Below, piece after piece: positions 12,962 to 29,540 of a stretch of 64,000 nt of DNA. The stretch comes from Octopus vulgaris (Eukaryota): the NCBI GenBank assembly GCA_951406725.2, contig OX597819.1:116188001-116252000 (forward strand). Reading direction: 5' to 3'. The notes beneath the pieces were generated by a model that worked only from the letters and a program-made list of their open reading frames with translations, was not told the origin of the DNA and searched no databases. Numbering within the stretch: the stretch's first letter is position 1; every line of letters starts with the position of its first letter. Made by a program: the position numbers and the translations under genes.

Positions 12962-13090
12962 TTTTTCCCTCTCTGTTTATTGCTGTGTTCCTTTCTGTTG
13001 AAGAGCGTAGGCTCACTTCCCGAGCGTTAAACTAATACATCTGTTTGTTGTTTACACACACGTTTCTTATTTTTTGGTAAACTCCAATTA
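12962..13090 (+). mobile_element. Short PLE-pLTR-like element, partial HHR motif (GAAA half deleted)
   Basis: CTTT-CTGTTGA-A-GAGC-GTAG-GCTC at 12991-13014; same family as 44662 and 55600. Confidence 0.65.
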
Positions 13091-14553
13091 TAAATATATA
13101 TATATATATATATATAATATACAACACACACAAGGGTTTTCGATGTATCAAAACAACCATAAATAATGTAGTTTTGGCAAGGATTCTCAATTCGCCAATA
13201 ATAGGAGACAAACAAATATCAGTGAATATGGAAGTAGGGACAATATTTTAAGATGAAAATTTGTTTGTAACAAAATTCAAGTAAATAAGATTATATTATA
13301 TTGGTAGAATATTAATATGAAAGAAATGTTTGCAGAATTAGATCTAGAGGCGAGACGATGATGTACCTCTGCTCTGTGCTGCCTATCATTAATACACTTT
13401 ATGGTAGGTTTTGCAAGTCAACGTCACTCTCTCTACCATAAGCAAGACCACGATGCTATTGTTGTTTTATTTAATCTTTGAGAACTGCAAATTATACAAC
13501 AGTTTTATCAGAAAATGCGTTCTAGTTATCACTACACGTCTCTTTTCGGGCATCAAGGAATATATTATCTCATGTATTCTTCTTGAATAGGTTGTTTTGG
13601 TACTATTCTTTGAAAATCAGGAGACCACATAGAGGTTTCGTTGTTGACGTATTTATATAACGTGTCTTTGTCTATGTATATTATCCCTGGCACTGAAATA
13701 CGAAAGAACACTATTTTTTTCAGCAGAACCACAAATTTTCTGATTCAACTTGTTTCATGAGACCGTAGCCTAAGTCATTCCATTTAATTATGGTTGTGCA
13801 GAAAGGGTACAATAAGTTTACTTCAAAATCTGCAACATTTGATGTCGTTTCATTGCATTCGTTATTAGGTATTGCCATACAAGATGTGCTGCGGAAATAC
13901 GACTGTGAGGCTTGTGCCTCTTCTAATGATATTATCGACCAGAAATAGTTTAGATAAAAAAATTGAAGCTCATAGTAGACTATGGTTACCGGAATATCAA
14001 ATCCACAAGCATTTGCTATATTTTAAAATATATATTTTCCGGAGTTTTGGGGAAATAGCATAACTATTTAGTAATCTGAGTCAACAACATACGTTCGACT
14101 CCTGGTTGTACTATTTCCCGTCAGATATTCTTTTTGTCAGCAAATTTATGTCTTATGCAAACGTCCAGCTGTAACTTTGTAGAGATGAAACCGATAGAGA
14201 TATGGCTTTGCATTAAAAGTCACGTTTTCATTCTAGAGACTTCTGTCGTGAGGTTAATAGAATTGTCTTTAATGGGGTGGTAACTGAAACCTTTTGAATC
14301 GATTTGAGAAAAGTGTTAAGGCGCCATTGATTTGTAACATAGCTGCAAGTGGCGTACATTCTTGAGAAAGGGTATATGATATGCTGAAGTATATGCTTAG
14401 TTGGACGTGTATTGATCCAAGAAAAAAGACAGTCAAATCGACCTCCACATGGTTCAAACTCGGAGAGCATTTCGACAAAACTCTTTCGATGATGATACAT
14501 ACCACTACTGATACATAGACACACAGACAAACACTCTCACACACACATATGTG

Positions 14554-14600
<47 letters not shown>

Positions 14601-14607
<7 letters not shown>

Positions 14608-14858
14608 TACAGTGTACATCTAAACACATAAGAGGCATCCATCATAGGATTCTTTGCACGCTAAAGAGAACAGTTAAATTCCAAACCACTATTACAAACA
14701 ACATATTGGTCCAGAAGTTACATGGTAAATGCCTTTATTTTTCATTCCCTTCGAAATTTTACCCCTAATATTGGTTTGGAATTTAACTGTACTCTCTAGC
14801 GTGCAAGGAATCCTATGATGGATGACTCTTATGTGTTTAAGGTACGTTGTATTTATAT
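14601..14858. repeat. Fold-back element, ~88-bp inverted arms
   Basis: Arms 14601-14688 and 14772-14858 (e.g. CATCCATCATAGGATTC / GAATCCTATGATGGATG; ACAGTTAAATTCCAAACCA / TGGTTTGGAATTTAACTGT); starts in (TA)n. Confidence 0.88.
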
Positions 14859-14862
14859 GAAT

Positions 14863-15245
14863 GGAGGCGCAATGGCCCAGTGGTTAGGGCAGCGGACTCG
14901 CGGTCATAGGATCGCGGTTTCGATTCCCAGACCGGGCGTTGTGAGTGTTTATTGAGCGAAAACACCTAAAGCTCCACGGGGCTCCGGCAGGGGATGGTGG
15001 TGATCCCTGCTGTACTCTTTCACCACAACCTCTCTCACTATTACTTCCTGTTTCTGTTGTACCTGTATTTCAAAGGGCCGGCCTTGTCACTCTCTGTGTC
15101 ACGCTGAATATCCCCGAGAACTACGTTAAGGGTACACGTGTCTGTGGAGTGCTCAGCCACTTACACGTTAATTTCACGAGCAGGCTGTTCCGTTGATTCG
15201 GATCAACCGGAACCTTCGTCGTCGTAACCGACGGAGTGCTTCCTT
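14863..15245 (+). mobile_element. tRNA-derived SINE family C, tail type 1, full length
   Basis: A box TGGCCCAGTGG, B box GGTTTCGATTCC; near-identical to 41029-41389. Confidence 0.93.
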
Positions 15246-15346
15246 CCTTATTTATATGAATAATATATAGTCTATTGTGTAAATTTTTACACGCTAGGCC
15301 ACTGGTCATGGAAATTTCTATTATTTCTGATTACCCTTTGATATTA

Positions 15347-15386
<40 letters not shown>

Positions 15387-16279
15387 ATTTATATATAAAG
15401 AGTCAAGACTGTTGAAAAGGTTGCAAGGCGCAACGAAAATTTTAGAAAATAAAAATAAGAAATAAGTGGAAATTTTACCGGTGAGAGTGTTAAATAATGA
15501 GGCACTAAAAGAGAATGACTCACCCCAGACACAACAGAATATGCTTCAACACACGAATTCATATAAAGAATCGTGCAAACCAAATCCCAAAACGAAATTT
15601 ATATATATATTTTGAGAAACACCGAATAATTTACAATCAAATTTGAACTCGTAATATGAAAACAAAGAAGTTTCCTGCACATTCACAACGAAATAACGGA
15701 AGGTATTGTTTACGGTGCTCACTGTACTCGCAGGCATATGCCTATACGAACGTTGGCCGCATTATCGATTCAGAAATATGAATTAACCGTATTGACTTCG
15801 TCTACATTCGAACATAGATACCGAAATTCAATGTTTAATACTGCAAAAGAGTTTACATAATCGTTTGCATAATTTCAACGATATAATTTACATTACGTCC
15901 TTGATCATCGGATATTAGCTGAAGCTGAACTCATTCCACACTAATAGAATGTATGGGAAATTTAGAGAATGAAGCAAATGAAATGCCAATTCTATCCGCC
16001 TATTCTAACCAATATATTTTTACTTCTATTAGAGACCAAAACGAATACTTTCATGCAAGTATATGTTACTTATATATACATGTATACGTACATACATCGA
16101 TATACATCACATGTACACGCACGACCACGCATACAAACGTACGTACACATGTATCTGAGTTGGTATGCATCGTGGTGCATGTATGATTATTAAATAAATA
16201 CAGAAAAACACCTAAAATTTAGTAATTGGCACGAAGCGAAAAACTGTAAAACGTGAATAAAATCATTTGTTAGCGTATG

Positions 16280-18760
<2,481 letters not shown>

Positions 18761-19140
18761 ACGTATGAACCCAAACATGGCCGGTGTTTAAAAATTTCTG
18801 TTAGAAATTATGAGATTCTGAATTCGATTTTTCAGCCTGGAATTCTAGTTGTTAGTCATATTTTCATCCTGTGTTTCTGTTATAAAAGTTTTGGGAGAAC
18901 GAAAAACTTCTCGTTGCTCTTCAGTGAACGAAAACTATGGAAAATCGTCTGATGCCTTACATTATCAGTGTTATATTAATGTTAACTATGCTACTACACA
19001 TTGGTATTGCGATTTTACCAGTACACGTATATATGTATACCTTTCCATCGTTATGTAGGATAAATAATCTGTGCTTTCAGCTCTATGAATCACTGCGAAG
19101 TCATCGTAGAGATAGAAACGTTGTTTTAATCTGGGATACA

Positions 19141-19350
19141 CTCTTTTACCCTTTTACTCTTTTACTTGTTTCAGTCATTTGACTGTGGCCATGCTGGAGC
19201 ACCGCCTTTTTTAGTCGAGCAAATCGAGGCCCAGGACTTATTCTTTGTAAGCCTAGTACTTATCATATCGGTCTCTTTTGCCGAACCGCTAAGGTACGGG
19301 GATATAAACACACCAGTTGTCAAACGGTGTTGGGGGGACAAACACAGACG

Positions 19351-19401
<51 letters not shown>

Positions 19402-19580
19402 ATATATACATATATACGACGGGCTTGTTTCAGTTTCCGTCTACCAAATCCACTCACAAGACTTTGGTCGGCCCGAGGCTATAGTAGAAGACACTTGCCT
19501 ATGGTGCCACGCAGTGGGACTGATCCCGGAACCATGTGGTTCGTAGGCAAGCTTCTCACCACACTCCTTCGCCCTCTACC
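19141..19580 (-). mobile_element. SINE family B with internal (CA)n
   Basis: Reverse complement of the 12282-type copy over its full length. Confidence 0.92.
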
Positions 19581-19957
19581 TAACATTAAGTAAGAGGTAC
19601 AAAGATGAAAAATATGGCCCCCAAATAACTGATTTTATAGAATAATCCGCAGTTCGTTTCTGTGTTCATTCATAGTTCTGACTCGTGTTGAATACCAAAA
19701 ACATGAAGGATATGAAGTATTAAAGGGGTAAATTATATTTAGCTAATTCTTATACTGGCGTACAAAATATGAAATTGCTTCAAATGAATACAAATATTGC
19801 ATCAGGATTTACGTCCTGCTATCCTAGTAATTCCTTATATATTAATGACAATCGCTTCTCTCTTGGAACGAGTTGAGGTATCAAATATATTCGGTATGTT
19901 TTGCGATTTTACATCAGACGTACGGGTTTTTTCTGTTCTCTGTTCATGCATCTTCCG

Positions 19958-20230
19958 TAAGAGGGTCGGATGAAATGTTCATAATCTGATTAAGATACTC
20001 TCATAGAATGTGACCAAATGTAGTTTATTTTTCAACATATTCCTCTTTGAGGTCGACACAATTCTTCCATCGGTCTTGCAGTATTGCTATCCCATTGGTG
20101 AAGAGGTTTTCATCGTGCTTATCAAAAAATGTTATCAACAGCAGATATGACGTCATGATCATTGCAATAGTGGTTCCCTGCCAAGTCTTTTTTTCATGTT
20201 GCGGAATAATACCAGAAGAAGTTTCAAGTA
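19958..20230 (-). pseudogene. Mariner transposase C-terminal fragment
   Basis: FFDKHDENLFTNGIAILQDRWKNCVDLKEEYVEK* matches the mariner end pattern (FxxGIxxLxxRWxKCVxxxGxYVEK). Confidence 0.8.
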
Positions 20231-20274
20231 GAAAAATTATACATACATGTATATGCATATATATATATATATAC

Positions 20275-20356
<82 letters not shown>

Positions 20357-20363
20357 TTGTGTG

Positions 20364-20412
20364 TATTCATATACACATACATATGTATTTACGTAGGTGT
20401 AATCACTGGTAT

Positions 20413-20469
<57 letters not shown>

Positions 20470-20886
20470 ATATGAATAAAAAAGATGTACAGGTGTTAAT
20501 TTATTGACAAATGTCAAGGTTTCTTTAAAATGATGTAATGTTTTCGTTTATCGATTAACGGAGTCGCTTGAAACGGCCGTAATGAATTGACACCTCTACA
20601 TCTTGGTTACTCATTTATATTCTATTGACCTAACTTGGAATCTACACACCAGCAATTCTTCAGAAAGTACCTTTACCAAAATTACATGTCTGAATTTCCC
20701 AGAGCGTAAATCGACGCGTAGCTGATTGCGTTGTCAGCACACATGGCAGGAATATCGGATACAAACAAACACCCCTGCACGGAGTCTTGATATTCAATAT
20801 TCAATTAATATTGTTTTGGGTGTGCGAATTATACGGACCTAGCAAGGTGACTCAATTTAATTATCTAATTCAACGGAATCTGATAT

Positions 20887-20929
<43 letters not shown>

Positions 20930-20967
20930 GTGCGTGTGTGTGTGTGTTTGTGTGTGTTTCTATATAT

Positions 20968-21026
<59 letters not shown>

Positions 21027-21166
21027 CTGCGTTGTTTGCCTTTTAATTGCTGTGGTTTTACTGAGATCTCCCTTTTAAGTAGAAAGAATAGCCATAACTC
21101 TTTGACTGATATTTCTAAATTCGGTGTGTAGTGAGGCAAATCGTTGCTAAACCCTTAATTACTTAG

Positions 21167-21202
<36 letters not shown>

Positions 21203-21234
21203 ATATAATATATAGAAACACACACAAACACACA

Positions 21235-21275
<41 letters not shown>

Positions 21276-21411
21276 GCACACACACACACACACATTCATT
21301 ACGGCCGTTTGAAGCGACTCCGTTAATCGATTAACGAAATCATTACATCATTTTAAAGAAACCTTGACATTTGTCAATAAATTAACACCTGTAGATCTTT
21401 TTTATTCATAT

Positions 21412-21472
<61 letters not shown>

Positions 21473-21539
21473 ATATATATATTCAAATACCAGTGATTAC
21501 ACCTACGTAAATACATATGTATGTATGTGTATATGAATA
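20364..21539. repeat. Large local inverted duplication
   Basis: 20364-20587 pairs with 21294-21539 and 20903-21020 pairs with 21167-21293; the ORF track shows HMYLRRCNHWYLN on both strands. Confidence 0.92.
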
Positions 21540-21540
21540 T

Positions 21541-21770
21541 GTAAAAAAATACAAACTGGGACAAGAACGCAAAACATTTAGAAGACGATACAAAATACAC
21601 GGACGGGACATTCGAAGCCTTCAATCTTCAGTCAAGAACCGGATCATCCTCGCAAATTCGGCTGATTAATCTTGAGATCGCTCCGATCCGGCCAACCCCA
21701 AGGAAAAACTGGTTGACCAGCAGTCACGTGAGAGGAGAAGAGATAGAAAAAAAAGGGGGTTAAGGAATCA

Positions 21771-21775
<5 letters not shown>
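21541..21775 (-). mobile_element. Short PLE-pLTR-like element
   Basis: Minus strand has CTGAAGA...CGAAT and a T-rich 3' end like the other short elements; bounded by (TA)n. Confidence 0.4.
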
Positions 21776-21860
<85 letters not shown>

Positions 21861-23376
21861 AATATAGGATAAAATTTTCGAAAACATTTTATCAATGACC
21901 AGCATATTAAAAAATACCTTTAAAGCTTTTACAAAATTGATACCCAAATTTTCCTCATTATCAATTATTCAATCTGCCGTCTTAAAAATTTAAAGAAACA
22001 GCATATTGACAGATAAGTTATTTAGGACTTTCTCTATATGAGTTTCTTTATATGGGCTGAAACATTACAAGCATATTTGAAAAGTTGAACACGGAACGCT
22101 CCTGCACATAGCACACAATACGACATCTTCCTTGCTAAAAGATTCGTGTTCTGTTTCTCTCATAGTTACTTAAATAGTGTATCATTTTTAAGCAAGATCA
22201 TTCTTCAGATATTGCTACTATCTCGAGCATTTTTGGCATGTATATATATATATATGTGTGTGCGTGGGGGAGATCTACTCTGTGTGTTTGTGCGGCTGCG
22301 TGTGTGCATGTCTGGGTGTGTTTATATAGGAATATATATATATTTATGTCTGAAAATGTGTGTGACAGCGAAAAATAATCGAAATGTAAGCATATATACA
22401 CACACGTGCACACACACTCACACACATATGTCATTGAATGAAAGCAATATTGAGTGACGCCAGGCACAAAGGAAATCAACCGCGTAATATGAATTAGATA
22501 AAATATATGAGAAAACAGAAAAAACAAGTATTTTCATCAAAGTGTGTGATATAAGGATATCGGCCAGGAGAAACGGAACCATCTCGATAAAAATGCGACG
22601 TCATGGCACGTGGACTCAATACATACATCAAAATATAAGACAAGAGAAAACAAAATGTTTTAGTCTCAAAGAACACGTATAGACGCAATGCAAAGCTAAC
22701 AATTTGTTGAATGGTGATAAAATGACGTAAGAAATATAAAGAAATGGCTGAAACAAGACTGAATGAGAAAATCTGGAAGGCGACAGACGAACTGCCCAAT
22801 ATAATGCGATAACACAGCAATGATATTAAAACTGCCAACTGAAAGCCAGTGACAGAGTAGAGAACTTAGATATAATAGCGTAAAGATTGAAACTAGTATA
22901 AAGCTAAATCTATAGATACATTAAGTTAAGGTCATACAATTGAGAAGAGAGTCGAATAAACCATTACCCATATGCAGAAAAATGAATACACTCCAAAGTA
23001 TTTAATATCTAATAAGTAACTGAACTGCAAATCAAGTTTAAAAATGTGATACTAGTTTATAGAATATACATTTACAAATGCATGCTCATAAATATACGGC
23101 GAAATATTTTCAATGAGAAGCTGAAAATAGATTGTAAAATTGACCGTCAGGGGACATCTTTCTGCTTCGTATTCGGCACATATATAGCATTTTAAAATTG
23201 TGTTTACATGTTTTGCTCACATTATATAAATAAAAATTTTAGTTCTTCTGTTTGAGGCAGCTTTGTGCATAAAATGAATATTACATACAACACGTAGAAG
23301 CACATACACGAATATATGAAGAAGCACACACACACTCATATACACATGCATGCACACTCACACAAACACACACATA

Positions 23377-23449
<73 letters not shown>

Positions 23450-23453
23450 CATA

Positions 23454-23494
<41 letters not shown>

Positions 23495-26400
23495 ATGTAT
23501 GTGTATGGCTTTATGTATGCATGTATGTATAAATGTATATATGTGTTTATCTGTGTGCATTTATGTATGTATTGCACCTCCCCAGCTGCATGCTTTTGTT
23601 TTTCATTTATATTTGCTGGACGCCGAGCAGTTTGCTTGTGGAACCAATGACAAAAGATAAGGAGCAAAAGAACGATGCATCAGTATATAGACACATTTTA
23701 CACTCAATTATACACCTTTAAAACATACATACATACATACATACACGTATACGCATATATGTGCATTTAATTATATAAATAAGCGAATTTTATGCTAGTT
23801 AAAATATGTTTGCGATATATTTTCAACTTCAACAGGCAAAATCACTGCAGTTACCACAATGAAAAATATCTTTCTTAAGGAAAAAATATGCAAAAGCGCC
23901 TTATTTATGCAGTGCTGCCACCTTGACTGATTTTCAGACGCGTTTCTAGCTCCTTAGCTGGGAAGGGACGCAACCGTAAACAAACTTAGTTAAAGCATTA
24001 GCTGTAACTAAAACACAGCCAACATCATTGACAGAGATGTGCATTTAGACTGTGGTGTCGGAAAAAATTACAACAATTTAAGCGTCAATCATTGTTTTGT
24101 AGGGGGGATGTGTATGGATTGACACTGCCGGAAGTATCAGTTAGGATAGATGTGACGAGGGAGGTTGGTGTTGGAAGCTGTGAGTGTGTGCTTATGCGCA
24201 TGTCTCATTACGTGGGAGAAGGAAGTTGGTGCGTAAGTGCTGGTGTGAGTGAAGTGGGAATCTTTCCAACATAGCTTTCTTTAATTGAAAACTAGAAAAT
24301 TATTTTTACCCCTTCTTCTTTTGTAGACAGTAAACCTTTGATTGTTTTCCCTCATTTATATCTCCCACCACTTAAACTACTTCTAATTCCTTGTTTCTGC
24401 CGAACCCAATTAGAAATATTCATAAAGATATTTCTTTATGTACCATTATAGAGTAGCAGCATTCCAAATCAGCTTTCAAGCTTTATTGTTCCTCCCACAA
24501 GATGTTTCTCAAATTATTATATGTAACACTCGGAGGAGCAGAAATATTTCTGGTCGCTGCGATCTATATAGCCAAATATTTGAGGTAACTGATAAGATAT
24601 TTCCATGAAAAATAAATATACAATAGTATATGTACATTGACACAATACATCAATACACGGATATACATGTATGTACACACACGCATACACATACATGTGT
24701 ATGTATATATGTGTGTATATCTATATATACATTGTTGACCTGTGTGTGCATGTATACATTGTTGGTTTGTGTGCGTGTGTGACACCTTTACAAATGATTG
24801 AATTAAATGAAGTAATGCGATTGACATTATTGCTTGTATTTTTCGAACAGCTGGTGATGGCAGTTTTCCGCTTTATATTGACCGAATGCAAAATAATAAG
24901 ACAAATAAAAGATATATACTCCATCAGTGGAAGCCTATACGACATTGAAATGAATTCAATAACGTAAATAAATGAAACTGTAGCAGAGCATATTGATGGA
25001 TAGTAGATGTTATTTGTAGATATTTCTAAGAGTGAAGTTTGTAGAGAAATGTTTGACTGCTTTGGTGGTAGAAAGTGATAGAGATTGAAAGTAAATATAA
25101 AGTTACCACGTATCACATAACAGACACCTGCCGATCAAGAATTTGGACCTGGAGATCTCCATTTCCAGCGACTTCGAGGTCCATCTCCCAGTGGTATCGG
25201 GCGTCAATGAAGTGCCCTCGACTACAACAAGACGACCAAAGTTCTTCTTTTCCAAGGTCTGGGGTCTCCCGCCCCTAAGCCCTAGACCATCACCTAATCA
25301 CTCTTACTCGTCTTGTTGCTTAAGAACAACAACAACAACAGACATCTTACTGGTCTCTTTATTTCCCCCTGTATTTTTCTCCGAGATACCCTTGAGAAAT
25401 TATGTATTTCTTGTGTATAGTAACCATCGTTGTCGATACGAACTAATTAGTCCTAGTTTAGCCCCGATTGACCAAATCTATCATTTTAGCCGTAGCCATT
25501 TCTTCATTTTGGTCTATACATTACTATATTATCTAATGTATCCTTCCTTACTTAAGACCCTGCAGTTCGATTTAATCAGCTTTACTATTTACTTCTAGTA
25601 TGTGACTCATCTCTGTTAATGCTCCCTTATTAAATCATAGAAGCTCAAACATAACTGATTCATTAGGACAAAATACTGAAAAGTTCTAGTCACACTGTTG
25701 AAGCAGGCCTAAATAAGGATTTTTTGTTCTTATATCGGCATCTCAACTCTATAGTGTAAATCCTTGTAATCACTAGTCAAGGAGTGAACCTTTGTGCCGG
25801 TTGCTACGCAGTCAGATCACTTTGATTTTACGCATAACCTATTATTATGAGAGGTTGACGTGCACGCCTATCGCCATGTGATCTTCAAATACGGAATGCA
25901 TTTAATCGATGGTCTTCTTCTTTCGATGTAAAATGAATATCAACGACAAGATCGTAATGGATTTCTATCTTCGCATAAGCGTCAAGTTCTATGAAACTGA
26001 AAAGCTATCACCGAAGATTTCATCTGTGCCACTCAACGTAGCAGCAAATTGTTCTGATAGAACTTCATATCACATTGTCAAATGTAGTAGTCATTTAGAT
26101 GGCTTGCTTGTCTCGATTATGTTCATGTTTTCATTTCTCTTCACCTCCAAATAATACCAACTATCATTTAATTCCAAGAGATAGGTGATCGAAATTATTC
26201 TAGCTACGACGACAATCCCATTTCATATTTTCAAACATGTTACATAATATGCTTTTAAAAAAGGTGGAGTTGATATAATATTGGATTTTATTTCTATGAC
26301 TGCGTAGAAGCTCTGTCATTAGCTTGGACTTTCCTCTTTGAGACTTATATATATATTAGATTTTACTGTTGTTGCCGCTTTGTCTGAAGTCAACAGAGAT

Positions 26401-26899
26401 CGAGTAACGTATCAGCACTGACCTTGAGCTAAACAAACTACAATCATAAGTATTTTCATTATGAACGTCTGTTTTTCCAGGCATTGTGTAAATCTATCCA
26501 TCCCAGTCAACATATATTCTCCGACGTGTCCATTTCTGAAACAGGATTCATTTGAAGGAATAAGCAATGCTATTTCTATCAGATTAAACAACTACATAAA
26601 GTAGCCATCATTGATATTTTGTTTTATACTGACATATTTGAAGACAGTAAGCTTAATAAGAGAGGACAACGGTCGAGAAACAGAGAAAATGGACGCCATT
26701 AGCGCAAGTGAATGTCTACGGTTTATTTCGCAAAAAATACTGAAAAAAATGTCGGCCTGTTTAGTTTGGCTTTCCAGTGGATGTGTGAATGCCAGATTGC
26801 ACTGGTCTTTTCTATATCGTTAAATATACAAGTGTAGTAATTACGATATCCGAAATTTAAATATGAAAATTGAAGATACTTCGTGATTTCAGTTTCAGG

Positions 26900-27215
26900 C
26901 CCACCTTGAGTAACTGTCGTTTACTACGGCTACGAACAGACCAATTCCTTGTGAGTGAATTTGGCACAGATACTGTGCGGAAGTGTGTTGCCTGTATGTG
27001 TGCATGCGTGAGTGTGCGTGTCTCCGTTTGCCCCATCGACTGTCAATAAGCGTTAATTTGTTTACGTCCCTGTAATTTAGCAGTTCAGAAAAGAGATTGA
27101 TAGAATGATTACCAGACTATAAGAAATAGGTACTGCTGTTGACGTGTTCCATGAAGAAAACACTTCAATGCGTTGCCCCAGCAAGGCCGCAGTCCAACAA
27201 CTGTAAAAGAGTGAG
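26900..27215 (+). mobile_element. Diverged SINE family B
   Basis: CCTTGTGAGTGAATTTGG, TTTACGTCCC, CCAGCAAGGCCGCAGTC...GTAAAAGAG. Confidence 0.7.
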
Positions 27216-29329
27216 AGATACAGAGAGATACAATGATATTGTAGCTTAGCAAATATATGAAATGCAAGACACAAGAAGAAAAACAAACATATTCTCGTCA
27301 ATGCTTTCAGTTCAAAATCCTACGGTGGACCAATTTACTTTCCCTCACCGTGTCGACAAAACAAAATACTAGTGAAGTTCAGAAGATTTTCCCTATGTGG
27401 TCTACACAAACCCCCAAATATACCAGTATTTACCTCTATAAGTCAAGTAGTTATGAGATTCACTAAAATTGTTTTAGAACCATCATTCAAGAACAAATAT
27501 ATATTTGACGATTTAAATAAAAACATCAGCTTCAATGTTTAACATGAGCTAATTTGGGTTTCAGAACTTACAAAAACGTGTTGAATTAATCACACGTTTC
27601 TAGTAGTGGAGATTTTAACGTAGATCTGATAATAACATAGCTACATTAGCGTTATATTCGTATTTAAATCATGAACAAATTGTAAATATATATTTAATGG
27701 TTTCATATATTTGTATATGAAACAACATCACGCTATAAATGACAAAGGCTTCCTCTTATTTTTAATGTTACTAATTCTTCAAAGAGTCTTTATCTCTTTT
27801 GCATCTAAATTAATAGATATAGTAAAATGAGTAATTTGTTATAGATTTCTTTGTTCTCTGAAATATATAAATATATGATACCCGGCCGATCTTCTCAACT
27901 TCCAAAGATCTAAGGAGTTTTAAAAGCTTTATTCTTTATTCTTAAAGTATTTTTATGGGTTTTGTCTGGGAATATTAAATCATATCCAATGATATCGCAG
28001 CTTAGCAAATATATTAAATGCAAAACGCAAGAGGAAAAACAAACATATTCTCGTCAAATACGATAACCCATTTTATACACGAATATAAATGTGGATTAAC
28101 TGCATTCATAGTTAATTATCAATACTGTATAAGCTAATATATTTTTAAGGGTAATTTAGGAGAAAAGACATATGCAAATTTCTAGTTTATTTTATACATA
28201 AATGCAGCATTGATGTGTACATACAGACATCTACATATATTTAATAAGCTCACAAATATATGAATATCAAATTATAATACTTTATGGTAGAAGAAGCATG
28301 CATTTATCTCTAGGAATTTTGAGACTACTGACAAGGTTTCGATACTATTTATTAGTGTAGCGTATCAGTTTAGTCTCTTTAAGTTGGTGACACTTCTCAT
28401 TAAATGTCTCAAGAAGTTCACCTTTTACTCTTGGCTTCCGTTCATTGAATTTATTGAATTTTGTTATTTGTAAAGTAAAAGAAACATAACACATAAATAA
28501 AAATCGGTATAAAAAGTTCTCTGAAGCGTTTTACACTTTTGACACATAAATCAGATTATGGGATTTAAATATCGCCACATAAAACGTGCAGAGTCAGCCA
28601 AGGGAATTACTTTATAAACGAGGAAGAAGCAACTCGCAAGCTCCCTTTCTTTTGAACAATTGTAATTATCGTCGACGATAGAAAGTTACCATAGAAACTA
28701 TGACATCCACGGCAGGAACAGTCATATACTTATACACACTTAGTGTTAAATTGAACAGTGCATGTAATTTAAACAATGATGCGTTCGGTAATTACAAAAT
28801 ATTTCCTTGAAATCGTATCGTCGCTTATATTTCATAGGACGAGGAACATTCAGGTGTTGCTACGTTCATGCAATTTCCAGAAAATTTGGCAGCATAATAA
28901 CAGTGAAATAACTGCTGTTGATTGATATTATAGTAAATAATTTGATCATATACTAAGTTGATTGGCATTATATGATATATAACTAAAAGATATTGGAACG
29001 GTAAATGGCCGGAAACTTAAATACAAAATAGTATTTAGCATGCCCTAATATTTATCTTGTGGAGATATTCCAACACATACGCTTAACTGTAGCCAGTTTT
29101 GCTATATATTCATACTTATATCGATCATCTCACCCTCATCCTCTACGAAGGCAACAACAAAAGCGATTATTTCTAATGGGATATATTTTCACATCACTAT
29201 AGGAAATCATTTTCCTCTATAAAGATAAATGAATATAATTTTAGAAGCTCTTACTGAAGTGTCAATATTTTAGGTCTCTGTTCATTATTGAATAATACGT
29301 CAACAAACATGATAAAAACGTCTATGTTT

Positions 29330-29540
29330 GACATCTACTTTGTTTAATAATCCATTGTAAGAAACGTTTAAAGGCTTCGAAAGAATTACACATATAAAGT
29401 AAATATATTTTGTCTGTAACGTTTAAGGGGCCGATAGGCCTGTAATTACTTTGCCAGTCACTACCTTCATTCCCCTTCTCAGTCTTCTCTATTATATATA
29501 TATATATCATTCTGTTTTGTTTTTCATCAGAATACTTCAC
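29330..29540 (-). pseudogene. Reverse transcriptase N-terminal relic of a LINE
   Basis: KG..DWQSNYRPIGPLNVTDKIY resembles NYRPISLLNxDxKI. Confidence 0.55.

Larger units (their letters stand above)
8750..14500 (-). mobile_element. Highly decayed RTE-class LINE ORF2 broken by SINEs and microsatellites
   Basis: Collinear minus-strand motifs: RMYAT (YAPT-like, ~14355), DF/NAK (~14215), NLLSQPS (~11905), KEILSSQCREQQ..CFI..LDTV (~10770-10850), GIIYP..LLKIVMRKCL..INGIING (~9640-9760). Confidence 0.5.

Noticed and set aside
14863-14935. tRNA gene (also at 41029)
   Set aside because: A and B boxes are present, but the sequence runs into a repeated SINE body (with a TSD at 41029), so it is a SINE head.
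15409-15445. HHR-like CTGTTGA...GTTGC/GCAAC-GAAA
   Set aside because: Extra bases after the core and no stem I pairing found; may be chance within an AT-rich element.
25090-25330. GC-richer island with a 151-aa ORF
   Set aside because: No recognisable domain; it may be a decayed LINE 3' end on the minus strand, but similarity is too weak to call.
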